Shown: piece by piece, positions 1-12,692 of the stretch
Layout: the number at the start of each line of letters is the position of its first letter
Position numbering within the stretch: the stretch's first letter is position 1
NCBI RefSeq assembly: GCF_006345805.1
Contig: NC_042997.1
Coordinates: 97,216,001-97,280,000, forward strand
Source: Octopus sinensis
Taxonomy: Eukaryota
Length of the DNA: 64,000 nucleotides
Reading direction: 5' to 3'
Program-made: the position numbers and the translations under genes
Notes under the pieces: model-generated
What the model saw: only the letters and a program-made list of their open reading frames with translations
Databases searched by the model: none
Told to the model about the DNA's origin: nothing

Positions 1-420
1 AATCTGCCGGCCTGTCCCTCTCTCATCTACCGGCCTGTCCCTCTCTCATCTGCCAGTCTGTCCCTGTCTTTTCTATTGGTCTGTCTCTGTCTCATCTGCC
101 AGTCTGTCCCTCTCTCATCTGCGGCCTGTCCCTCTCTCATCTGCCAGTCTGTCCCTCTCTCATCTGCCGGTCTGTCCCTCTCTCATCTGCCGGCCTGTCC
201 CTCTCTCATCTGCCGGCCTGTCCCTCTCTCATCTGCCAGTCTGTCCCTCTCTCATCTGCCGGCCTGTCCCTCTCTCATCTGCCGGCCTGTCCCTCTCTCA
301 TCTGCCGTGTCCCTCTCTCATCTGCCGGCCTGTCCCTCTCTCATCTGCCAGTCTGTCCCTGTCTTTTCTACTGGTCTGTCCATCTTCTTTTGCCAGTCTG
401 TCCCTGACTTTTCTGCTGGT
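1..420. repeat. 23-bp minisatellite (ctgtccctctctcatctgccggc), degenerating rightwards
   Basis: Unit recurs at 23-nt spacing (ctgtccc at 12, 35, 58...); it explains the spurious 301-aa ORF 76..981. Confidence 0.9.
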
Positions 421-850
421 CTGTTCTTGTCTTTTCTATGTGTTTATGTTTGTTGGTTATCTGTTTCTCAAAGAGTCTGTTACTGGCTGTCTGCCCATTT
501 GTCTGTCTTTCTCTCTCTCTATCTCTCTTTCTCCCTCTATCTATCTATCTCTCTAGCTCTCTCTATCTCTCTCTCTCTCTTTATCTCTCTCAGTCTTTTC
601 TACTTGTCTGTCATTGTTTATCACTATCTACTTATTTGTCTCCCAGAGTCTGTGGCTGTCTGTCTGTATATATGTACCTGTCTGATAGTTTTCTGCTATG
701 CGTTTTCTGTCTGTCTGTCTGTATATGTTACTGTCTACAGGGTTTTCTGTTCCCAGCTTTTATCTTTCCAATGTCTTCACTCTCTCTCTCTCTCTCTCTC
801 TATATCTATATATATCTATATATATCTATATATATATATATATATATATA

Positions 851-881
<31 letters not shown>

Positions 882-1090
882 TTGTTTATCTTTTCTACCT
901 GTCTGTATATGGCACTGTCTACCAGTATGCCTGACTTTCTCTCAATATCTTAAGAAGATGAAATTGGCAAAGAAAAATTAAAACTGACAGCAAAATGAAC
1001 AAACAAACAGACCACTGACGTGCAGGCAAGTGGACAGACAGACAAACCAGCAGACAGAGACAGACCTTTAGTCTAAATGTGAAAACATAC

Positions 1091-1122
1091 CTCAGTGTGT
1101 TCAAACTGAACAGTTCAAAATA
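1091..1122 (-). CDS. Candidate small internal exon (32 nt, or 15 nt if the CAG at 1108-1106 is used)
   Basis: Minus strand: long T tract, then ...tcaag|TATTTTGAACTGTTCAG|TTTGAACACACTGAG|GTATGT with a canonical donor. No homology evidence. Confidence 0.25.
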
Positions 1123-1924
1123 CTTGATCATTGAAATACAGAAGAAAAAAAAAATAAAATAACAACCATATAGTTTGGTTATTTCTTAAGAAAACATTGT
1201 TGCTTTCACACGAAATAACTGTCTGTCACAAAGACATGAGCGAAGGTTTTGTTAACTTAATTTCTGCACATCGAATAGAGTCTGTGCAGGCCATAGAGAC
1301 TGTGTGTGTGTGTGTGTGTCTAGAGACCCAGTAAGTATAAGAAAAAAAGGGACAAAGATACACACAAAAAGACACAAACATACATCTTCATACACCAACA
1401 CGTTCATTCCTAAATATACATAGATATTACAAACACACACACACATAGACACACAAAGAATTATACATAAATATTAGGCAAATATATTGACCTTCATATA
1501 CACATATTTACTTCCATAGTGTAAGTCTGTAAGCAAGATACACACACATAAATTAAACTACAAATACATAAGCAAACCTACATGCATATGATGTATGTGT
1601 GTGTCTGTCCAGAAGGATTTAGTTGAACAAAATGATCCCAGTGCCTTTTGGGTTTTTTTAAGCCCAGTACTTACTCTGCTAGTCTCAGTTGCTGAAGTGC
1701 TAAGTTACAGGAACATAAACAAACCAACACTGATTATCAGGCAGTGGTGAGGAACACACACATGGAGATATATATATATATATACACATGTATATAAATT
1801 AGAGAAGGACTACCATGAAGCAATTCAACAATGATATACTTAAATCATACCATATAGAAAAAAATTAAAGATACGATAAAACATTTACCTAAAACTAAAT
1901 AAAGTACTAAATAATAAATAGTAA

Positions 1925-1953
<29 letters not shown>

Positions 1954-1959
<6 letters not shown>

Positions 1960-3724
1960 GCGATGAGTAAATTGTCGCCATGATTTTGTCAACTACACAG
2001 TATAGTGGGGTCAGTTGGGCACCATCTGTGAGAAAAACACCATCATTACACAAGTCACTCAGCCAGAAATTTGGAAACAACATGCTGTACTGCTTAGCAT
2101 TCACACCAGAAGCTCCAATACAAACATTTCAGAGTGTCTGGGTGTCAATCTGAGGACAGTGCAGAGGATTTGGAAAGAGTTGGATGAGTCTAATGGTGAT
2201 TACAAAGGTACAGCAGCTCAGAAAATTCACTCTGGTCATTCTGATAAGAGAAGAACTACTGAATTTGTTTGTAAGATCCAGGCCATGATTGACAACAATC
2301 CCTCCAAGTCAATCAGGTCCATCGCCAGGGACATGGGAGTGTCTGAGTTTCTTATCAGGCAGGTAGTGCATGAAGACATTTGGTATTCCTCATACAAGAT
2401 GAGAAAGGGCCATCAAGGACAAGAGGAAAGACCATGTTATTCCAAGCCATCAAGGACAAGAGGACAGACCATGTTACAAAGCTTTTGAACAAACTCAAGC
2501 ATCACCTCCAATTGAACATGCTTTGGTTTTTCTCAGAAAAGAAAAATTTCTGCCAGGATCAGATGGTAAACACATAGAACACCTGTTGACTTGCCAAGTC
2601 CCAAAAACATGTACCAAGAGTAATACAATTCTATATTTAAGAGATGAGGAATTATGTACATTATTTACATTTGACGTATATTTGTCTTGATCTTGCTTGT
2701 TAACACGTTTCGGCTGATATACCCTCCAGCCTTCATTAGGTGTCTTGGGGAAATTTCAAACCTGGGTTCTCATTCCTAAGGTATTTTTCAACGTTATTAT
2801 TATCATTATTATTATTGTTGTTGTTGTTGTTGTTCAGGTCACTGCTTGGAATCGAACTCAGAATCTTGGGGTTAAGAGCACAGGCTACTAACCCCAAGAT
2901 TCCGAGTTCGATTCCAAGCAGTAACTTGAATAATAATTATAATAATAATAACAACATTGAAAAATACCTTAGGAATGAGAACCCAGGTTCGAAATTTCAC
3001 CAAGACACCTGATGAAGGCTGGAGGGTATATCAGCCAAAACATGTTAACAACAAACAAGATGAGGACAAATATCCGTCAAAGGTAAATAATGTAAATAAT
3101 GTACATGTACCAAGAGTGATAAAAACCAAACATCCAGTCAACATCATGTTTGAAGGGATCACTAGTGATGGCAACATTATGCCACCATTTATCTTCCCAC
3201 TCAGACTCAGCATGGAGGTCTACATCAAGTGCCTTGAGGAGGTAGTACTGCCCTGAATCAAGACAGTGGCTGCTGGGAGACCCTATGTCTGACAACAGGA
3301 CTCTGCACCATGCCACACAAGTAAGAGAACCCAGTCATGTCTGTCAGGCAATTTCTAAAACCACATCATCCCTAAAATCTGGCCACCTAACTCTCCAGAC
3401 TGCAACCCCCTTGATTATTTTGTGTGGAGCACAGTTGAGCAAGAGACCAACAAAACTCCTTGTAACACCAAAGATGAACTGAAGGCAAGTATTATGGCAG
3501 CATTCACCAACTTAAACAAGGAGACTGTCCAGTAAAGTTGCATCAGATTCCGAAGTCGTCTGGAGATCAAGGTTGAAGCCAATGACAATTTTATTGAATA
3601 AATTTACTCTTTAGTGTTTCAAGATATTTTTATGTAATTTTGGTAAATATATCTGTTAAAATGAGATGACAGTGTTATTTTCATTTTCGTGTAATTTAGA
3701 CAACAATTTATTCACTGCACCTTG
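1954..3724 (+). mobile_element. Decayed Tc1/mariner-superfamily transposon, DD37D (maT) family
   Basis: Imperfect TIRs (tagggtgcgatgagtaaattgtc / acaatttattcactgcaccttg) in TA context. Transposase pieces: KSIRSIARDMGVSEFLIRQVVHEDI and QQDSAPCH...WPPNSPDCNPLD, with 37 residues between the last two catalytic D. Several stops; interrupted at 2622-3102. Confidence 0.9.
2622..3102. mobile_element. Head-to-head inverted dimer of a tRNA-headed element with a hammerhead-like, Penelope-type tail
   Basis: The left part (to about 2873) is the reverse complement of about 2889-3100. 15-bp direct repeat acatgtaccaagagt at 2607-2621 and 3103-3117. B-box gagttcgattcc. CTGATGA-A-GGCTG..CAGCC-(G/A)AAA core in each arm. 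Confidence 0.8.
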
Positions 3725-3728
3725 TATA

Positions 3729-3782
<54 letters not shown>

Positions 3783-3789
3783 TATATAC

Positions 3790-3847
<58 letters not shown>

Positions 3848-4302
3848 TGTGTGTGGTGTGTGTGTGTGTGTGTGTGATGATGGGCTCCTTTCAATTTCTG
3901 TCAACCAAACTCAAATACAAAGTTTTACCCAGTACAAGGCTTAGCAGAAGACACTCGTGTAAAGTGTCATACTGTGGGACTAAACCCAGAACCATGTGAT
4001 TGAGAAGCTAACTCTTTTCCATACCGCCATGCCTGAATCATTTTTAGCAGTTGAACCCAAAGTTTGATAAAATGATAAATAATATTGTATAACTATAGGG
4101 TCCATCAAACCAGCATGATCTCAAACTTAAATCCCAATATTCTATATGCTATTATTAATCGGTTTACCAACTTTGAATTGCATCATTAAAAATTATTTAT
4201 TACATGTTTCTTGACGGTTCTAAATTCTTATGATATAAACACATGCACACATGTGAATAAAGGCAAATGCATGAATATGTCTGTCTATATATAAATATAT
4301 AT

Positions 4303-4489
4303 AAAAATTCTATAATTATGAGTATAATTATAATTAGGGTTCAGCAAAAATTTGCTTCACCACATACTGAAATTTAGAAATAACAGTTAAAACTAACTAT
4401 TTCACTGCCATAAGAAAATCTCCTGTATGTGGTGAAGCAAATTTTTGCTGACCTCTAATTATAATTATACTCATAATTATAGAATTTTT
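4303..4489. repeat. Fold-back of about 65-bp arms next to a TA tract (probable PLE tail fragment)
   Basis: 4303-4367 is the near-perfect reverse complement of 4425-4489. Confidence 0.8.
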
Positions 4490-4618
4490 GTATAAGTTTA
4501 CCAATAATGGTTCTTTTAACATACCGAACTACTTGGTAAAATTATTAATTATTCATTAATTTTACTATTATATATATGTATGTATGTATGCATGCATGCA
4601 TACATACATACATACATA

Positions 4619-4856
4619 CATTTTACTCTAATCCTTCCTAATAAACCATGTTCCATCTAGTAACTGCTTATTGGTCAAAGTATTAACAATTGGTATCCTG
4701 GTACGTACATACATACATACATACATACATACATACATGCATGCATACATGCATGCATGCATGTATGTATATACCAGGATACCAATTGTTAATGCTTTGA
4801 CCAATAAACAGATACTAGATGGAACATGGTTTATTAGGAAGGATTAGAGTAAAATG
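4619..4856. repeat. 85-bp inverted duplication around a (TACA)n/(TGCA)n spacer
   Basis: 4619-4703 matches the reverse complement of 4772-4856 with about 3 mismatches. Confidence 0.9.
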
Positions 4857-4997
4857 ACCTAAATTAGCAATCATAATAGACAGTAGGAATGGTAGCCAAG
4901 TAAATGGGGAGTCAACACATCATAACCTGCTTTATCTAGCTATTACTTAATCAGGATGTAAATGCATGTTCAAACAACAATATATTTAAATCTATAC

Positions 4998-5397
4998 CAG
5001 GAATTCTCAATCACTATTTTTTGTCTTGTTTTGTTTTCTGCCTCTGCCCCCACCCCCACTCCCACGATAACCATTTTACTTTGGTGGACCCTTTCCCCCC
5101 CACTTAGCTATTCGATATTGAAAAACTAGTTTTATAGATACTTCTTACAAAATTCCTATTTTGCTATTCACACATTCACATGCAACAGAACTCTCTGAGC
5201 AAATGTGTTTCAGTGGCCAGAAACATGTTGAACTATGTTAAGTATTAGAGAAAGAAACCAAGTTGTTTCTTGCAATAAATACATCTAAAACAAAATTTTT
5301 TCATGACCCCCTTAAATATTCCCATAGATCCCCAAATTACTATTTTGCTTCCATGGATCCTGCAAAATCTCATATGGACTCCAGTTAAGAACCACTA
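4998..5397. mobile_element. hAT-like MITE (old copy)
   Basis: Ends caggaattctcaa / gttaagaaccacta; partial TSD (tatac); interior is the reverse complement of the copy at 45340-45658. Confidence 0.6.
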
Positions 5398-6000
5398 AAG
5401 TATACCACTTTTCCAAATCCATTTGTTTCACAACTTCTAGAGATCACTTATGCATACCTCTATCTCTACAGTCAACTATATGTCTTCCAATATACACTCC
5501 ATGAACTACAGATAATGCTTGTGCGTGATCTATTTATCTACGATAAAAAAGGAACCCACCACCACCACCACCACCACTAATATTGGTACACAAATCTACT
5601 ACCAACATGATCAACAGTTACACCACATGGAGTTTGCATTTATTTTTATTTTCGACACCCTCTTGAAATAGATATCAATGTCAATTTACATTTACTGATC
5701 TTTTAACCCACACACTCCAGGATTTCAGCTGCAACTTGCAAATATGCAAGTGTTAGGATGTCTAACAGAGTAACGAAGCAGCATGTTTCAACTTGAGAGA
5801 GAAGGAAATTTAAATTTAGAAGATGCAACCAACTGCACCTGGCAAGTGACAGATATGATATCAAATAGCTTAAGCTATTTATTTATAACAAGTATTCACA
5901 TACAATGTGTATGTGTGTTAATATGTATGTATATAAATATGCCTATTAAAAATGCCTATTTATTCTGACTTATGGATTCTTTGACAACTTTTATATATAT

Positions 6001-6044
<44 letters not shown>

Positions 6045-6267
6045 CGTGTATGTTTGTGTGCATGTATGTTTGTGTGTGCATGTATGTTTGTGCGTGCATG
6101 TATGTTTGTGCGCGTGTATGTTTGTATGTGCGTGTATGTTTGAGTGCGTGTGTGTTTGCTTGTGTGTGTGTTTGCTTGTGTTTGTATGTGTATATGTGTT
6201 TGAGTGTACATATGTGTATGTTTGTGTGTATGCTTATGTGTATGGAGGGAGTGTATGTCTGTGTTTC

Positions 6268-6299
<32 letters not shown>

Positions 6300-6667
6300 C
6301 ACATGCATACTTCTGTTTCCTCATTTTGATATCATGTGATAATTGTAAATGAGTGTCACTATGATACTAGTAGTGTCATACATTTCTAACATCCTGCATA
6401 CCATATATGACTATAAGAAAATATTACCCTGCTTGGAAACAAGTGAGGGCTGGTGACAGGGAAGGGCACTCAGCCATAGAAAAATCTACCTCAATAAAAT
6501 CCATCAAACCCATGCAAGCATGGAAAAGTGGATGTAAAAAATTGAAGATAATGAAAATCAAAACAAAATTAACAAAATAAAATAAAATTAACTTTTGATG
6601 TTTTCCTAGGGGAAATATTCCTCAGATTTTGCTTGTAGTAAATGTTAGCTCTTATTGCCTAAAATCT

Positions 6668-6985
6668 GAAGGCATGTGGCTTAGTGATTAGGGGTATTCA
6701 CTCATGATCACAAGGTTGTGAGTTCAATTCCCAGTGATGTGTTGTGCCCTCGTGCAAGATATTTTATTGCACGCTGCTCCAGTCCACTCAGCTGGCAAAA
6801 ATGAGTTGTACTTGTATTTCAAAGGGCCAGCCTTGTCACACTCCGTGTCATACTGAATCTTCCTGAGAACTACATTAAGGGTACATATGTCTGTGGAGTG
6901 CTCAGCCACTTGCATGTTAATTTCATGAGCAGGCTGTTCTGTTGATTGGATCATCTGGAACCCTTGTCATTGTAGCCAGTGCCAT
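6668..6985 (+). mobile_element. tRNA-derived SINE, family 2
   Basis: A-box (tggcttagtgatta) and B-box (gagttcaattcc); homologous to 60186-60395. Confidence 0.8.
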
Positions 6986-9771
6986 TGCCTATATTTTATT
7001 ATCACCAAGCATAAAGCTACATCGCTCTCAAGTGTAATCCCAGTTAGTTATAGGGGATAGTTTCACGAGGTACATGGCCACCTCACTAGTGTTGTTGCCA
7101 CATAAAAGTACCTGGTACACTTCATAAAGTCATGGAAACCATACTAAAGGAGACATTGGTGTATGGTTACAGTCTTTCACCTCATCAGATCCTGCCAAAC
7201 CATCCAATCTATGCCAACATGGAAAGCAGACATTAAAAGAAGATGACAATGATGATGATGATGATGATGATGAAAATGATGATGATAATGATGATGAAAA
7301 TGATAATGAAGATGAAGATACATAAAATCATCATCATTGTTATCATCATTGTTTTAACATCCACTTTTCCATGCATACACAAACATTTTACATTTCATCT
7401 AATATCTTAAAAGTTAAAGATTTTTGTCTTTGCAACCCTTTCAAAATTATACCAAGACAATTTGCATTACATGGAAAGCAGACATTAAAAGGGAATCTTT
7501 TCCTAGTCACTAAACCTGCTAAAGAAACAGCTTAAAAAAGGAAAGTTGTTAGACAGTCTTGAATACACAAAAGATAATTGAAATGTCTTTGACAGTAGCA
7601 ACATGTTACTATATTATTACACCACACACAATGACTTAGGTATATTAATATCACCATTCTTATCATGTCAACATATTTATCAGGAACAATCATTACAAGC
7701 TTCACAAGTGAATCATTAAAAGTTAATTTTATATCTTATGTCAGGCATTCATTTTACATACACTCTAATACATGCTCTTCATTATATTAAATATATATAT
7801 TTTTTATATTCCAGAGAGAGAGAGAAAGAGAGAAAGAGAGAGACAGACAGGCAGAGGAAGGAAGGAAGGAGCAGAGAGAGAGAGAAAAGTGCTGAAAGGG
7901 AGACAAAAATAAGGACATTTAGAGAGAGAGAAACAAAGAAAGAGTTAGTGTATATTTTTGTCTATACATCCTCTGATTTGAAAATTGTAGCATAAATTCT
8001 TCAGTAACAAATAGAAGAATGGTCAACAAATCTATTGAGCCATTTATACTAAGCACTGAGGGTGAAACTACAAGTAAAAGCAATTCAAAATCTGAAGAAA
8101 ATTCTCCCTAAAGCTCTAAAAGAGTTAAAGAACCCATTATATGTACAATTTCCCAAAAATCACAGAACCCATATCTATATTTCAAAAACCTTGCCACACT
8201 AATTTTAATAAGACATTAAATGAAACAAATACCGTTTTAAAAAAAGAATGTTTTCATAAAAAAGAAATCTACAGCTTATTTTGAAAATGGTGAATATAAT
8301 TTCATTACAAAATCATTAACATTATTATCATCATTGTTATTCTGCCAAGGTCAATTTTGCTTTCATCCTTTAGCAATCAATAAAACGAGTACCGGTTGAG
8401 TGCTGAGGTCAATATAATCAATTTATACCCTCGACTGAAATTGCTGGCCTTGTGCCAAAATTTTAAATTATTTTTATCATCACTGTAAGCATCCACTTTT
8501 TTATGCTTGTGTGAGTCAGATGGAATTCATTGAGGAAAACATTCTAAGCTCAGATACCTTTGCAGTAACCATCTCTCGCCTGTTCCCAAGCAAAGATGTA
8601 ATTGTCCCATAGTTGGACATGTTTTCACAGCAGACTGGCAATAAGGGTCTTTGCTTGTATGAAGCAACACTCATTTATAACTATCTTGTGATATAAAGAG
8701 AAGGAGACAAATACACACATATATAAATATATACATACACATAAATATATATAAATACAATGGGCTTCTTTCAGTTTCCATCTACTATATCCACTCACAT
8801 AGCTTTAGTTATCCCAAGGCTTTAGAGGAAGAAACTTGTCTAAGGTGCCAAGCAGCTGGATTGAACTTGAAACAATATTGTTGGGAAGTGAACTTCTTAA
8901 CCGCACACCCATGTGTGTGCCTACATATATATTTTTATTGAAAGGTATCTTATCTCACAGTACTCAGAATTTGTTCACAGAACCCTGAGATTATTCAGAA
9001 TCCACTTTGGAAAACACTACATTAAGGAACAATATTTTTTATGGCTGAAAACAAAATGTATGTAAATAATCTCATTCTAACTACATGTGAGTCATTTAAA
9101 GTTAATATTTTATGACATGTAGGTCAGAAAATATGATGTGATACATGATGGTGATACATGATGCAACTATGAAAGAAGGATGTATTTAAACATAAATTTT
9201 TAACCATGACTAATCAATGACTAATTTTATTAGCTTATCTGGATATTTTAGAACCAGAATGATGGATTTGTTTTCCACTTATGTAATTATTTTACATTGA
9301 ATAATTATTTTTCATAATTATTTTACATAGAATAATCAATGGCTCAAGTCTCATTACCTTATTAGGATATTTTGGAAAACAGGAGTGCATTTTTTTTCTC
9401 TCTTTTCTTACTTCAAAGGGCAAGTATTTTCAACCATAGTTTAAGAATGACCAGTACTTTGTGAATGAAATTTGCTAGCAAGAGACTTTTGTGAATCAAT
9501 TCATATAAGTACATTCACTTGTTTTATATCCATTTTATATCCATGAGTTGGACTAATATGCATTGAGTTTATAGTTGGATACCCTCTCCATTGCTAACTC
9601 TTACTTAGATCTAGCAAATAGCTTTCTAATTATCTACTAGATCTCTGCAATATCATCATTTACTTTTTCCATGCTAGCGTGAGTTAGATAAAACTTATTG
9701 AAACAGTTTTTTTTCCCTAACAGTTGGATGCTCTTCCTGTCACTGGCCTTTACTTGCTCCCAAATAAGGTA

Positions 9772-10002
9772 TAACACTCTTTTGATACTAACCCACCTGA
9801 AACCACCTCTGGCTCTATAGTACAAATGTCTTATTTTAAAAAATTCTGCATTAAAATCTTCCACTAAACCTTAGTCACAATTTATGTTACTAACACCAGC
9901 TTAATGATAACTAAGTTATTTTATTAAATTCTTTGTTATATTTAAAATTAATTGAGAGAAACACAGAGCATCTCAAAATAAATATGGTAACAAAAGGGTT
10001 AA
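9772..10002. mobile_element. piggyBac-like MITE (second family, decayed)
   Basis: Right end caaaagggTTAA, left end ctcttttgatac; related decayed copy at about 38315-38545. Confidence 0.5.
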
Positions 10003-10252
10003 TCTACCTGTCATTTGAACGATAAACCACTCAATAGCTACATGTTTTTAGTGGCATATATAAACAATAACAGTAACTAATACAAAGTCTTGCCATTGCT
10101 TACGGTTTCCTACCAATTTTCACTCACAAGACATTGGTCAGGCTAAGGATCTAGCAAAAGACACTTGCTCACAGTGGGAGTGAACCAAATGACTTCATCA
10201 TTACAAAGCTTCTTAACTCTACAACTATGTTTGTGTATGTTTCAACAAAATG

Positions 10253-10495
10253 CTATAACATCAGTTTATTCATCCATCTAAATAGAAGCCTCTCCTCAAC
10301 ATCCAAATCTCCTTCAAATATCATTTTACTCAAACTTTTTATTACTCTATTTCTTTTAAAACACATTACGAATATTTCAATTAATTTTGACAGTGATGAA
10401 GAATTAACACATGGCATCTTCATTAACACTGGCACTAAATTTAGGATGTTTATATTACTTATGAGGTATTCTATATTTTTCAAAATGTACCTATC
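10253..10495 (-). CDS. Candidate terminal coding exon, 80 aa, weakly CARD/death-fold-like
   Basis: ttcttccaacattag| then DRYILKNIEYLISNINILNLVPVLMKMPCVNSSSLSKLIEIF...FRWMNKLML*; non-repetitive sequence. The length alone is not significant. Confidence 0.25.
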   Translation of the reverse strand, partial: DRYILKNIEYLISNINILNLVPVLMKMPCVNSSSLSKLIEIFVMCFKRNRVIKSLSKMIFEGDLDVEERLLFRWMNKLML

Positions 10496-11181
10496 CTAAT
10501 GTTGGAAGAATCATAACAATCAAGCACAGACTGAATTTAATTTTGAAAAATTACATTAATACCTAAATAACATAATATGTAAATGACATATTCAAGCAAA
10601 TTTATCCTAATGATAATTTTATAAAAGCTAATCAGCCTTAATTTAAAAATTTGGTTTTGTTTAGTGAGAGGGATGAAACTGCTTGGTTTCGCTTTTTTTT
10701 TTTTTTTTTGAAAGTTTACGAATATCACAAGCCTTTGAAGAAACTGCCATTCTTAGTTCATTACTCAGGTCTTCGTCAGTCTGGTATGAAGACGATTTTT
10801 GCATCATTCAATTTGGAAAAAAAACTCATATTGATCAGACGTCAAAAACTGAGATATGAATTTCAAAGCATTTTTATGTAAAGCAGGGAATTTCTCAGGA
10901 TTGATGGATTTGTAGAAGTCCAAAAAAAAAACAGATTCTTATATTTCAATTTTATTAAGTTATCCAACTGCAAATCAATTAATTCTAATTGTCAGGAATC
11001 TGGAGCCTCCTCAGGACACATATCAAAAGAAAAATCAGAGAATAATCTCTGTTGATATATATCTGATCACAAGTCAGCTTCATCAAACCTGACCTGGATT
11101 TATAAACAACCATCACTAAGCAACCATTCAGTCAATTAAACATCCACATATCTATCCTATTTTTTATTTTACTTATTCCAA

Positions 11182-11510
11182 TACAACATCATAAGCGGAA
11201 AGTGTAACCTCTCGAAAAAGCTGTTCTTCACTCCTGCTCCAGAGCGTCGGCTGCGGGGTCATTCCGAAAAGCTCTACCTGCAACGATTTCATCTCAATCG
11301 AAGGAGAGGAGCTTTCTCCATCCGGGTTGCGGATCCGTGGAACAAGCTGCCAGACGAGATGGTGAAGATGCCGACGACCGCTTTGTTCAAAGCCTCCCTG
11401 GACCTCAAGTGGCCTGAACTCTTTACATGAACACCACCCTGTACTTAACTCCATGTCCCCCTACATGGCCTTGCTATTTGCTTTTGAGCCAAACTAACTA
11501 ACTAACTAAC
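11182..11510 (+). mobile_element. 5'-truncated CR1/L2-group LINE 3' end (young)
   Basis: Uninterrupted frame YNIISGKCNL...RLRGHSEKL...AFSIRVADPWNKLP...FKASLD...* (stop 11428-11430); 3' hairpin ccatgt..acatgg; (AACT)n tail. Confidence 0.9.
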
Positions 11511-11581
11511 ATATCATTCTCAAGAAAATGTGTCAAGTTAAACCTCATATGACCCTTAAATGGCAAAGAATCTTGGTTAGT

Positions 11582-11977
11582 AGGAGTGGCTGTGTGATAA
11601 GTAGTTAGCTTACCAACCACATGGTTCCAGGTTCAGTCCCACTGCATGGTACCTTGGGCAAGTGTCTTCTACTATAGCCTCGGACCAACCAAAGCCTTGT
11701 GAGTGGATTTGGTAGACAGAAACTGAAAGAAGCCCATCGTATGTATATGTATGTGTGTGTATATGTTTGTGTGTCTGTATTTTCACCCCCACCCCCAATC
11801 ACTCGACAGCCGATGCTGGTATGTTTACATCCCCGTAACTTAGCGGTTCAGCAAAAAGAGACCGATAGAATAAGTACTAGGCTTACAAAGAATAAGTCCT
11901 GGGGTCGATTTGCTCGACTAAAGGCAGTGCTCCAGCATGGCCGCAGTCAAATGACTGAAACAAGTAAAAGAGTAAAA
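11582..11977 (+). mobile_element. tRNA-derived SINE, family 1 (dominant family in the window)
   Basis: Head gagtggctgtgtg..ggttcagtcc, internal (TG)n and tail gaaacaagtaaaagag. Many further copies or fragments, e.g. 3880-4035, 8760-8915, 30665-31030, 35575-35790, 36245-36410, 50705-50960, 52065-52225, 53625-53765. Confidence 0.9.
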
Positions 11978-12692
11978 TAGGTCTTAAATTAAAAATAATC
12001 ACTAGGGCTCTACATGCTAAGATATATAACTGAGAATACTGCCATACTTGTTTTAAAAACAGAAACCTACATAATGACTGCATTACTCCTCACAAATAAT
12101 ATTTATTCTAAATTCTTATATATATTTAATTGACCCCAACTAATCCTACTCCCACCCCCACATACAAGTACAAACAGCTGTTACTCCTAAGCAACGGTGG
12201 CTTGGTAACAAGTACTATGTTTTCATGAATTATTTTAGGTGCCTAAACTGTCAAGAACAGATGTAGTCACCTTCTTGGTCCTCCCACTCAACCCAACAGA
12301 ACATCCAAAATGAATGAATGACAGAGAGAGGGGGGGGAGAGATGCATCGGCAACCTGGCTGGTGCTTATTTACAGCTAAGTAGACTGGTACTATGGGAAA
12401 AAATGAAATGTCTTACTCAAGGATACAACATATCATCTAGTCCAGGAATTGAACTCAGGGCTTTATAATCGTGAACCAAACACCTCTAACCATTAGACCA
12501 CATATTCCCTCCATCATAGTTATTTCAACTTCTTTCTACTATAGCAAGCACAGGGTCTGAAATTTGGGGTGAGGTGGGGAATAGTCAATTACATCAACCC
12601 CAAAGTTCAACTGGTGCTTATATTATCAAACCCGAAAGAATGAAAGGCAAAGTCAATTTTGGCAGCATTTGAATTCAGAACCAAAAAAAATG

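Noticed and set aside
76-981. 301-aa ORF, the longest in the track
   Set aside because: Translation of a 23-bp minisatellite and CT/TA microsatellites; not protein-like.
10685-10785. CTGACGA...GAAA on the minus strand as a hammerhead
   Set aside because: No pairing for stems I, II or III.
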